Below are positions 45,125-54,149 of a DNA stretch of 61,548 bases, piece after piece. The DNA is from an uncultured Oxalobacteraceae bacterium. GTDB taxonomy: Bacteria; Pseudomonadota; Gammaproteobacteria; Burkholderiales; Burkholderiaceae_D. The DNA is taken from positions 1 to 61,548 of the forward strand of contig CALKVB010000436.1 in assembly GCA_937996605.1 (NCBI GenBank), in the 5' to 3' direction. The notes under the pieces were generated by a model. The model was not told the DNA's origin, searched no databases, and was given only the letters and a program-made list of their open reading frames with translations. Within the stretch, counting starts at the first letter, position 1. Each line of letters starts with the position of its first letter. The position numbers and the translations under genes are program-made.

Positions 45125-47521
45125 TCAAAATTTCTTTGCTTTGCCTGATCTGGAAGGCGCTTTGACGTTCTCAAAACGGCTACCGCTACCGCCGCGCGCT
45201 GTTACTGGCTTTTTTGTTCGAGGCGCTTCGGATTTGCGATCTTTCTCGGCGACACGGCGATTGCCTCCGGTGACGCGTTCCTTCAAGGCTAAAGGCGTGT
45301 TCGAATGCGCATTCACTAGCAGGCTGCTGGTGCCGATTTCTTTCATATCGAGCTTCTTGCCGCCAACCCAAACGCTTTTCAAATGCGTCAAGATTTCTTT
45401 TGGCATACCAACGGGCAAATCGACCGTAGAGTAATCATCAAATAAGCCGATATGACCAATGAGTTTTGCATCGAGACCAGCTTCGTTGGCGATGGCGCCC
45501 ACAATATTTCCTGGGGTGATGCCGTTTTGTTTGCCCACTTCGATACGGAAGGTTTGCATAGGAATGGCGACTTTGCCTTTAACTTCGTCGCGTTTCTTTT
45601 CTTTGCGAGCTGGCGCAGCGGCTTCCGCGGCAATTTCTTCTTTGCTGCTGGCTGCGCGTTGTACTACTTGGTCTAGGCGAGTTGCACTGGTTGGGCGCTC
45701 ACTGCGTTCACTACGCTCGGTGCGCTCCGCGCGTTCGCGAATCGGTTTGCTACGTGATTCAGCGCGTGGCGCTTCCTCGTGGCCACTAGCACCTTCAGCA
45801 CGAATATTCAGGGCTTGACCCGCGACACGAACAGACTTGAGGTGCGCTAACATATCTTTTGGCAAATCATCAGGGAGATCCAAGACGGTATAGTCGTCAT
45901 AAATATCGATGCGGCCGATAAATTTAGACTCGATGTTTGCTTCGTTCGCAATCGCGCCAACAATATTGCCTGGTTTTACACCATGCTCGTGGCCCACCGC
46001 AATACGGAAGGTTTGCATACCAGGTTCAGGTGTACGAGGGCTATGTTCACGACGTGGGCCACGGCTTTCGCGTTCAGCAAATCGATCGCCACGTGCCGGA
46101 CGATCACCGCGGCTTTCGCGTCCAAAGTCACGACCACTATCGCGACCGCTATCATTGCGCCAGCTGTCATCTGTTTTAACTTCGCGTTTATTCTTATCGA
46201 GTAACAGTGGCTCATCACCGCGTGCCATTTTGGCTAACGCAGCGGCTATTTCTATCGCTGGAACATTATGCTCTTGCTCGTAGGCCTCGATTACCGATAA
46301 AAATTGTTCGAGTTCGCCTTGCGCTAAAGTTTCAGTAATCTGATCTTTGAAGCGCGAAATCCGCACATCATTGACCGCTTGGATGGTCGGCAACTCTAAT
46401 GGCGAGACTGGCTGACGGGTAGCGCGTTCAATTGCCTTCAATAGATTTTTCTCACGTGGGGTGATGAACAAAATCGCTTCACCGCTACGGCCAGCGCGAC
46501 CGGTACGGCCAATACGATGGGTGTAGCTCTCCGGATCATACGGTACGTCATAGTTGACGACGTGGCTAATACGTTCAACGTCCAAGCCGCGTGCCGCAAC
46601 GTCAGTCGCTACCAAGATATCAATCTTGCCGTCTTTAAGTTGCTGAATTGTGCGCTCACGTTGAGCTTGCTGAATGTCGCCATTGATGGCAGCGACCGAA
46701 AAACCGCGCGCTGCCAGTTTTGATGCGAGTTCCTCGGTACCTAACTTGGTACGAGCGAAGATGATCATGCCATCAAATGTTTCTGCCTCGAGAATGCGTG
46801 TGAGTGCATCCAATTTATGCATGCCACTGACTAGCCAATAGCGCTGGCGAATATTGTCTGCAGTGCCGGTTTTGGCCGCGACGGTGATTTCTGCTGGTTT
46901 ATTTAAGTACGTTTGCGCGATGCGTTTAATGACCGATGGCATCGTCGCTGAGAATAAAGCAGTTTGATGACCTTCAGGCGTTTCTTGCAAAATGCGTTCG
47001 ACATCATCAATAAAGCCCATACGCAACATTTCATCAGCCTCGTCGAGTACCAAGGTTTTGAGTTGCGATAAATCGAGCGAGCCTTTATCCAAGTGATCAA
47101 TCACGCGACCAGGTGTGCCTACGACTACATGCACACCGCGACGTAAGGCCGATAATTGCGGGCCATAACTTTGGCCGCCGTAGATAGGCAATACGTGAAA
47201 ACCAGGGATGTAGCGTGCATAGGTTTGAAAAGCTTCAGCAACTTGAATTGCGAGTTCGCGCGTTGGGGCTAAGACCAATGCTTGTGGTGCAGTTTGACGA
47301 ATATCGATGCGAGACAAAATCGGTAGAGCAAACGCAGCTGTCTTGCCTGTGCCTGTTTGTGCTTGACCTAAGACGTCGCGATTCTCAAGCAGTGTGGGAA
47401 TCGTCGCAGCTTGAATCGGCGATGGTGACTCATAGCCAACGTCGCTCAAGGCGCGTTGGATGGCATCGCTCAGTTTCAAATCAGCGAAAGTAATATTAGG
47501 GACGAGTTTTGCTTCAGACAT
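45125..47521 (-). CDS. deaD: DEAD-box RNA helicase DeaD/CsdA with two DbpA RNA-binding domains
   Basis: Q motif, AQTGTGKT, PTRELA, DEAD, SAT, ARGLD, HRIGRTGRAG, and two GNIVGAIANEA domains. Confidence 0.92.
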   Translation of the reverse strand: MSEAKLVPNITFADLKLSDAIQRALSDVGYESPSPIQAATIPTLLENRDVLGQAQTGTGKTAAFALPILSRIDIRQTAPQALVLAPTRELAIQVAEAFQTYARYIPGFHVLPIYGGQSYGPQLSALRRGVHVVVGTPGRVIDHLDKGSLDLSQLKTLVLDEADEMLRMGFIDDVERILQETPEGHQTALFSATMPSVIKRIAQTYLNKPAEITVAAKTGTADNIRQRYWLVSGMHKLDALTRILEAETFDGMIIFARTKLGTEELASKLAARGFSVAAINGDIQQAQRERTIQQLKDGKIDILVATDVAARGLDVERISHVVNYDVPYDPESYTHRIGRTGRAGRSGEAILFITPREKNLLKAIERATRQPVSPLELPTIQAVNDVRISRFKDQITETLAQGELEQFLSVIEAYEQEHNVPAIEIAAALAKMARGDEPLLLDKNKREVKTDDSWRNDSGRDSGRDFGRESRGDRPARGDRFAERESRGPRREHSPRTPEPGMQTFRIAVGHEHGVKPGNIVGAIANEANIESKFIGRIDIYDDYTVLDLPDDLPKDMLAHLKSVRVAGQALNIRAEGASGHEEAPRAESRSKPIRERAERTERSERSERPTSATRLDQVVQRAASSKEEIAAEAAAPARKEKKRDEVKGKVAIPMQTFRIEVGKQNGITPGNIVGAIANEAGLDAKLIGHIGLFDDYSTVDLPVGMPKEILTHLKSVWVGGKKLDMKEIGTSSLLVNAHSNTPLALKERVTGGNRRVAEKDRKSEAPRTKKPVTARGGSGSRFENVKAPSRSGKAKKF

Positions 47522-47737
47522 GGGACGGGCTCACTAGAGGGGTGTTTTTCGCAGGATACGAAAAAGTATAAGGCCGTAGTTTACTCTGTCGCGCCTCTTG
47601 TGGCTAATTCATTCGTCCAAAACCCGCTAAAAAGCGTTAAATCCTTTGAAATATTCATTTTTACGATGGTAAAAAAATAATTTCATGTGAATTTAACGCG
47701 TCTTCTCAAGAAACACTGAGATCACAAGGGTTGGGGC

Positions 47738-49138
47738 TTAAAGAAAGCCTAGTTTGCGCTTGTTGGCATCAAAGTTATGAAGATTCGGCAATAAATCGAG
47801 CAATGTCGAATCCGAAATACCTAACCAACTACCTAAAGTCGCGGCGTACTGATCGACTGAAGTGGTAGGCAATAATCGACCTTGCCCGACGTCGTCATCG
47901 CCATTGCTCGCCACAATCGGAGCGCTGCCATAAAAGCGCTTGCCATTGACCGCGCCACCAAGCATGAAATGCATGCTACCCCAACCATGATCACTACCGT
48001 CATTATTGCCGCTGAGGGTGCGTCCAAAATCAGACGCTGTGAAGGTCGTGACTTGATCGGCTACGCCGAGTTCGACAGTGCTGTTATAAAACGCCGCCAT
48101 GGCGTCCGCCACTGTTTTGAGTAAAGCAGGGTGATCTGTGAGTAGTCCATCGTGATTATCAAAACCACCCAAAGACACAAAGAACACTTGGCGTTTGGCA
48201 CCGACCGTACCTGCTGTCGAGATCATACGTGCCACCATATGAAGTTGATCTGCAAGGCTGTTATCAGATGGGAAAACTGTTTTAATTTCCGGCCCACTCG
48301 CTAAGGCTGCGCTCAATACAGCATCAGCATCGATAGATCTTGCTGTCACACGATTGTATTCATTCTCGAATAAATGGCTGCGACTTTGAGTGATGATTTG
48401 ACGCAAGGCATCAGAGCATGCAGTAGAACCAAAGAGCGGTTTTTTCAAGCCATCAAATGGAACAGAACCCTTGGTGGTGATTTGGTATTGCACCGCTTGT
48501 TTGCCCGCCAGATAGACAGCGTTGCCAGAGACATTCACGCAGGTGAATGTGGCATTGCCATTGCCCGCAGCGAATAGATCGCCCATGCGCCCACCCCAAC
48601 CCGAGGCGGCGCCTTCGGGCGATGAGGATTGCCATACCGATTGTTGGTCGTTATGTGAAAATAATTTCGGTGGTAGCGCTACGCTGCGATTGCTGTATTG
48701 TAGTTTGGTGGTGGGTTGAATCAGTGTGCCAAGATTGAGTGAGACGCCCAATTTTCCCGCATCAAACAGAGGTAACAGCGGTGATAATTCAGGCGCTAAG
48801 GCATATTCATGCGTGGCACCAAAACGATCAATCGGAGCGGCGATGGGTTTAAGCGCGGTAGCACTCAAACTGGCACGTGAATAGGCCAAGCTTGGGCGTA
48901 GTTGTTGGTAGGCGTTGTAGCTGGCGGTGTCGTAAGGAACCAGAGTATTTGCGTAATCGTTACCGCCATACAAAAACACACAAACGATGGCTTTATAGTC
49001 AGTGGCGTCAGCGGCAGATGCTTCTGCAATTGTTGCTAAATTGAGTGCCCACGGTGCAGCAACGCCCGACATCGATAGCGCAGCGGCGCGTTGAAAGAAA
49101 GCACGACGAGACGCATTTAGAGTTGAGTTATTTTTCAT
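47738..49138 (-). CDS. DUF1501-family protein, Tat signal
   Basis: SRRAFFQ, CVFLYGGND, LFSHNDQQ, GWGGR, GGFDNH, SDFGRT, GSDHGWG. Confidence 0.85.
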   Translation of the reverse strand: MKNNSTLNASRRAFFQRAAALSMSGVAAPWALNLATIAEASAADATDYKAIVCVFLYGGNDYANTLVPYDTASYNAYQQLRPSLAYSRASLSATALKPIAAPIDRFGATHEYALAPELSPLLPLFDAGKLGVSLNLGTLIQPTTKLQYSNRSVALPPKLFSHNDQQSVWQSSSPEGAASGWGGRMGDLFAAGNGNATFTCVNVSGNAVYLAGKQAVQYQITTKGSVPFDGLKKPLFGSTACSDALRQIITQSRSHLFENEYNRVTARSIDADAVLSAALASGPEIKTVFPSDNSLADQLHMVARMISTAGTVGAKRQVFFVSLGGFDNHDGLLTDHPALLKTVADAMAAFYNSTVELGVADQVTTFTASDFGRTLSGNNDGSDHGWGSMHFMLGGAVNGKRFYGSAPIVASNGDDDVGQGRLLPTTSVDQYAATLGSWLGISDSTLLDLLPNLHNFDANKRKLGFL

Positions 49139-49148
49139 GATTCGACTT

Positions 49149-50885
49149 TCATTTCAAGACGATAAATTCTGGGCTGGCCATGACGAGTGTGAGCGCCGCG
49201 TAGATTCGCTGATAGCGATAAGTATCAACACCACTACGCATACTGTTAATGGCATTGGTGATTAATGCGATTGAAGCCGTGCTTAGCTGATTTGCGGCCA
49301 GTAATAAATTCAATTCGGCGACCAAGGTATTGGCGTTATCGGCGAGTAGCAAAAGCGATTGATAATTTGCCGTGAGATCGCCGACCCCGCGCGAGCCGTT
49401 GATGGCGGCCTGCATAAAGTTGACATAACCTACCACCGAAGACTCATTCACGATTTGCATCTCTGGGGCGACTAGGTTGGCGTTGGCAATACTGGTATTC
49501 GGTGGCACATAGCCCGGCCGAAAGTAGTTAAAGACCGTAGGTGAACGTAATGGGCTTTGACCTAATTTTGTACCAGCATCACTGGTGTCGCCGATGAGCC
49601 AAGTATCGGCTTTTGATGTCGCCGCAAAGCTTCTCGCCCAGCCTAAGAAGCGCATCATCGGTTCTCTGATCTTGCCAAACTGTGCATTACTGGTTCCGCT
49701 CGTGTCGCGTGCCTCGTTGTCGAGTAGTATGGCTTTGATGACGGCCTTCATATCACCTTTGACACCGATGCCATTGTTGTTGAAAACCGTGGCAACGCGA
49801 GCGATATAGGCAGGGCTTGGATTACTAGTCACTAGGCGCTGTATTAGTTGACGCGAAATAAATGGCGCCACATTAGGGTGGGCAAAGAGTATATCTAAAC
49901 TCATGCTCAAAGCCACTTCACCACTCACGTTGGCAGGGATGCTTTTGCCTAAGAAAGTGGAACTGCCATATTCGTGTTTAGTCGCAACCTGACGCAAGGG
50001 ACGTTTGTGGTAGTCTGGGGTTGAGGTATTGCTGGTGGTGAGGTCAAAATCCCATCCCGTGAATACGCGAGCAAGTCCGGTAATATCATCAAGCCCGTAG
50101 GTTTCAACAGGTAGGCCATTCTTCGTGACAGGCGAACCATCGAGATTGAGTTCAATTAAACCTATGCTAAATAGTTGCATCACTTCACGTGCATAGTTTT
50201 CGTCTGGCAGTGCTCCGGTTGTGGGGTTGTACTTGGTATTGCCACGGTAGGTGAGATACAAACTCATGGTGGTACTGGTCGAAACTTTCTGCAAAATATC
50301 GCGATAATTGCCGAAGCAGTTTGCTTCAAGTAAATCAAGATAATTAGCTGCAGCAAAGGCTTTCCAGCCACCGCCATTGACCAACCCTTGTATGCTAACG
50401 ACCAAAATTTCTGACAGCGCGAGTGTGATACGTTGTCGCAACGTGTCAGGAGAACTGATGAGTTTGCGCCATGCACAAGAATCGAAGCCTGCTTGTGAAG
50501 TGCGATAGGTGGATGCATTCATGCCTTTCTTCACCAACCAATCCCAACGCGTACCATTGCTAGGCACAGCAAACTGTTCGTCCAGCCATGCGTTATAGCC
50601 CAGTGATTGGACCCGCTGGATCTGTTCTCGTGTTACGCCCATACTTGCTTGAAGCAAGAAGCGCGCAGCTTGAGTTTCGCTGATGGCAGTGGTATTGATT
50701 GCGGCAGGTGGCCCTGCAAGATTGCTCGATGTCGTTGATGTCGAAGGACTACCGTTTTCGCCGCCGCAAGCGCTCAGTGCGAATGAGGTAGCTAGGGTAG
50801 TGGTGAGTGCTGGTACACGATTTGATGCGATTGATGGGGCGTTTGCTTGCGTCATATCCTGTGGCTGGTCTTGGTCATAAGGCAT
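49149..50885 (-). CDS. DUF1800-family protein (probable lipoprotein)
   Basis: LSAC lipobox-like, AARFLLQA, LRQRITLALSE, PDENYAREVMQLFSIG, PTVFNYF, SPEF. Confidence 0.85.
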   Translation of the reverse strand: MPYDQDQPQDMTQANAPSIASNRVPALTTTLATSFALSACGGENGSPSTSTTSSNLAGPPAAINTTAISETQAARFLLQASMGVTREQIQRVQSLGYNAWLDEQFAVPSNGTRWDWLVKKGMNASTYRTSQAGFDSCAWRKLISSPDTLRQRITLALSEILVVSIQGLVNGGGWKAFAAANYLDLLEANCFGNYRDILQKVSTSTTMSLYLTYRGNTKYNPTTGALPDENYAREVMQLFSIGLIELNLDGSPVTKNGLPVETYGLDDITGLARVFTGWDFDLTTSNTSTPDYHKRPLRQVATKHEYGSSTFLGKSIPANVSGEVALSMSLDILFAHPNVAPFISRQLIQRLVTSNPSPAYIARVATVFNNNGIGVKGDMKAVIKAILLDNEARDTSGTSNAQFGKIREPMMRFLGWARSFAATSKADTWLIGDTSDAGTKLGQSPLRSPTVFNYFRPGYVPPNTSIANANLVAPEMQIVNESSVVGYVNFMQAAINGSRGVGDLTANYQSLLLLADNANTLVAELNLLLAANQLSTASIALITNAINSMRSGVDTYRYQRIYAALTLVMASPEFIVLK

Positions 50886-51264
50886 ATCGATACTCGCTTT
50901 CTATTGAGGTTCGCCCGCGGTTGTAGTCTCAAAAACCAGGGGTATGGCTGATTGGTGAGACAAGCGTAGTTAACTAGCCAATCACGAACAAGGGGCTATT
51001 TGTAAGCAAATGTGAGAGGCAAGAGTAGGCGATGTGTGTCGAACTAAGCTCAACCGTATAGAGGAGAAACGCTGCCTGGTTCAGACGGAGAAGCTTCGTG
51101 GATTTGTTACATTTCTTGCTTAAAAAAACAAATGCGGTAGTCGAAAGCTTGGTCTGAATTGAATGAAAAAGGCAGCTTTGCAATGCTTTGATACACGGCT
51201 CATTCTATATTTGAGGTATCCTTGCCAGCTTTATTGATTAGCCAAGCAATTTGAAGCAGAACGC

Positions 51265-52110
51265 ATGAAGTTGTACACAGAGTCACAAGAGCGAGAATTA
51301 GAAGAACAAGGTGTTGTTCAGATCCATATTCGGTTCAGGCCTAAGCGTCTGATGTCGATCTTGGTTGTTTTGCTCTTGCACGTCTTGTTTTTGTACCTAT
51401 TGCTGAAAATCGGCGCCGATATTAAAGACGGTAAGCCTTTAAGCAGCCCTATGGTGATGATTTTTGACAAAATCAAACAAATTAAACAAGGCGAGCCGAA
51501 TGCGAAGAAGGCGGAAGTAAAGACCAAAACGCCGCCCAACCCTAAGGCTATCAGTCAACCGAAAACGACGCCAATCAAACCGACCGAAGAAATTGTAGAA
51601 AAGCCCCCTGTCAAATACGAGGACATGCCGCCACCAGATATGACCTCGATGTTGAATGCTGCTCGCGAAAAACGCCAACAAGCGCGTGAGGCTGCGGCGG
51701 CCGAGAATGCCGCGGCACAAGGAAATCGTGGTCGCAGTACGCAAGATATTGCAGAGGAAAATGTGCGACGTAGTATGGATTTAGCAAACGGCAGGAATGG
51801 TGATGGCGGCCTGTTTACTATTTTGCACAAAGGCGTCCGTACTGCGACCTTTTCATTCCGTGGTTGGGAAGTTCGAGTCAATAGCAATCGTCAGGTGTAC
51901 GAGGTCGATGCTGGCCTTGGCGGTAATGTTGAACTGGCGATCGTGAAGAAGATGATGGAAGTGATAAGGGGGCGGTTTAAGAAACAAGCACCATGGGAAT
52001 CCAATCGATTAGGTCGAGTCGTGATGATTTCCATGGCGCCAGAAGATAGCGAAGAGACAGAACGCTTCTTGATGAAAGAGATGTTTGAATCGGATCATCA
52101 GCGTCGTTAA
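51265..52110 (+). CDS. Hypothetical single-TM protein with TonB/TolA-like Pro/Lys linker
   Basis: TM containing LLLH, a P/K-rich linker and a globular C-terminus. Confidence 0.6.
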   Translation: MKLYTESQERELEEQGVVQIHIRFRPKRLMSILVVLLLHVLFLYLLLKIGADIKDGKPLSSPMVMIFDKIKQIKQGEPNAKKAEVKTKTPPNPKAISQPKTTPIKPTEEIVEKPPVKYEDMPPPDMTSMLNAAREKRQQAREAAAAENAAAQGNRGRSTQDIAEENVRRSMDLANGRNGDGGLFTILHKGVRTATFSFRGWEVRVNSNRQVYEVDAGLGGNVELAIVKKMMEVIRGRFKKQAPWESNRLGRVVMISMAPEDSEETERFLMKEMFESDHQRR

Positions 52111-52148
52111 GGCGTCGATAAGGTTTTGTTAAGAGTTGAGACGCTTTC

Positions 52149-52667
52149 TTAAATTGCCTGCAAAGCTTGTGGTGTTTTAACATTGGCGACGTACTTCCAC
52201 AAACGCGCCGCACGACCCAAGAAAATGCCACTCAATGCGCCGAAGACCAAGGCGCTGATTGTCATAAAGCCCGTGCTACTTCCTATCTCAGGCTGCATTG
52301 CAGTGAAAATAGCCAAGACATATTTGCCGACAAAGATGGTTAAAATCAATGTCATCGGTACCCAGCTTCCAGCCACCGTCAACATCCCGCTTTCAGCGTG
52401 ATAACGTGTTTTGTGAGACAGTGGAATTTGCATCACTGCTGCGGCCAGCGTCAAACATGCAATTGCCCACGCAAACAATAAGCCTGGATGCCCACTAGCA
52501 TTCTGTAATACGTTGCTCGCGGAGAAAGCGATCATAATCAAAGGGAGAATGGTGACTCGTTTCAATGAAACAGTGCGATCACGTGTTTGACTCCAACCCA
52601 GCGCGACTAAAGCAGCTAACAGAATCCAAACCCAAACTGGTGTGTGCGTGATGACTTGTGTGAACAT
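52149..52667 (-). CDS. DUF6622-like membrane protein
   Basis: HTPVWVW, GSWVPM...F..KY, G.FLGR, multiple TMs. Start at MFTQVI behind gaggga. Confidence 0.65.
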   Translation of the reverse strand: MFTQVITHTPVWVWILLAALVALGWSQTRDRTVSLKRVTILPLIMIAFSASNVLQNASGHPGLLFAWAIACLTLAAAVMQIPLSHKTRYHAESGMLTVAGSWVPMTLILTIFVGKYVLAIFTAMQPEIGSSTGFMTISALVFGALSGIFLGRAARLWKYVANVKTPQALQAI

Positions 52668-52924
52668 GTCGTACTCCCTCAAAATAATATATGTAAATTG
52701 GATGTCTGAATTGCTTCGAACGTGTGCACACTATGCCTAAGTAAAGGAGCGACTTCGAGCACAAAGCGATGAAATGCAGCCTCGCGCCGTGAACTGTCGA
52801 CGACAGGCGTGAAATGCAAGTGATGAAAAATGTGAAGGCGGCTTTCTCCGCCAAGTTGTCCATCAAGCTTAAGACATGCTGCTAAAATAGTGCCTCACCA
52901 CAACATACATTCGACAGGCTTATC

Positions 52925-53386
52925 GTGATCAATTTGCATCTAGGGAATATTGGACAGATTATTCAACTGGCAATCGCCCCCGTGTTCTTGCTGACGGGGG
53001 TTGGTACGAATTTGACTGTGTTGACCAATCGGCTGGCGCGAATTATTGATCGCTCCCGTACTTTGGAGGAAATGGTCAGTTCTCAAGGTCCAGAAGCGCT
53101 TACCCCCAATATGCAGTTAGAACTTGATGAGCTGTATCAGCGCATGCATTTAATTAACCGTGCAATCACCTTGAGTTCAACCTGTGCATTGCTGATTTGT
53201 TTGGTGATCGCGGCCTTGTTCATGGGAGATGCGCTCGATATTCATCTCGATAAATTAATTGCGGCGATGTTTGTGTTAGGCGTGTTAGCGCTGATTGGGA
53301 GTTTTATGTTCTTCTTGCGTGAGATTTTTGTCGCGACAAAAACCCTGCGTCGCCAGCGTGAACATGGTGCAAAATTCTTGCCATAA
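52925..53386 (+). CDS. DUF2721-like membrane protein
   Basis: IAPVFLLTG...TNRLARIIDRSR...FLRE. Confidence 0.75.
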   Translation: MINLHLGNIGQIIQLAIAPVFLLTGVGTNLTVLTNRLARIIDRSRTLEEMVSSQGPEALTPNMQLELDELYQRMHLINRAITLSSTCALLICLVIAALFMGDALDIHLDKLIAAMFVLGVLALIGSFMFFLREIFVATKTLRRQREHGAKFLP

Positions 53387-53582
53387 AATTACAGATTCTG
53401 AAGTGTTGTATAGCACCTTGGCCTGACGTTCCTTAAATACCACGTTTAGACCTTCTTCCGCGTGAAACTCGCGTGGAACATCTTGCCTTGTCGCAAAATT
53501 GAGGCACAATGGGATTCAAGCGTTTTCCCTATGTATCGTCCAGCTTGAGCGAATCAGCTTAGTGCGTTGAGAGGAGTCTCCA

Positions 53583-54089
53583 ATGATGACCGTGCCCATC
53601 ATTATTGATTTTGAAGCTTCGGGCTTCGGTCAAGGTAGTTATCCTATTGAAGTTGGCTTCTCGGGGCGTCATGGCGAAGGCTGGTGTTCCTTGATTCGAC
53701 CTGAAAATGACTGGACACATTGGGATCTTGAAGCGGCCAAAATCCATAACATCGCAAGAGAAATCCTAGTCGAACGTGGTAATACCGCGCAATTTGTTGC
53801 TGAACAGCTTAATTTTTTCCTCGGTGGTCGCACTGTGTACACAGATGGTTGGGGACAAGATTATGTATGGATGGCACGTTTGTTCGACGCTACCGGCATT
53901 GTCCCCAAATTTAAGCTCACAGACCTGTTTGAAATTATCGAGGATGAGCAAATGCCTTTATGGCAATCGACCAAAGAACAAATTACCAAAGAGCTTTGTG
54001 TCGCTCGGCATCGTGCCAGCAGTGATGCTAGGGTGTTGCAATTGACTTGGTTGCGTACTTACGATGAGACCCGTAAACAAACTGCATAG
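53583..54089 (+). CDS. DEDDh 3'-5' exonuclease-like protein
   Basis: IIDFEASG (ExoI), YPIEVG, IHNI, HRASSDA (ExoIII). Confidence 0.75.
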   Translation: MMTVPIIIDFEASGFGQGSYPIEVGFSGRHGEGWCSLIRPENDWTHWDLEAAKIHNIAREILVERGNTAQFVAEQLNFFLGGRTVYTDGWGQDYVWMARLFDATGIVPKFKLTDLFEIIEDEQMPLWQSTKEQITKELCVARHRASSDARVLQLTWLRTYDETRKQTA

Positions 54090-54090
54090 A

Positions 54091-54106
54091 CTGTATAAAA
54101 AATCAG
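54091..54106. promoter_or_regulatory. LexA (SOS) box upstream of uvrD
   Basis: CTGTATAAAAAATCAG = CTG-N10-CAG; uvrD is an SOS gene in E. coli. Confidence 0.6.
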
Positions 54107-54149
54107 TCATTGTCGCGAATTGGCTTGATCTCTCCCGTATAATGGCGGG

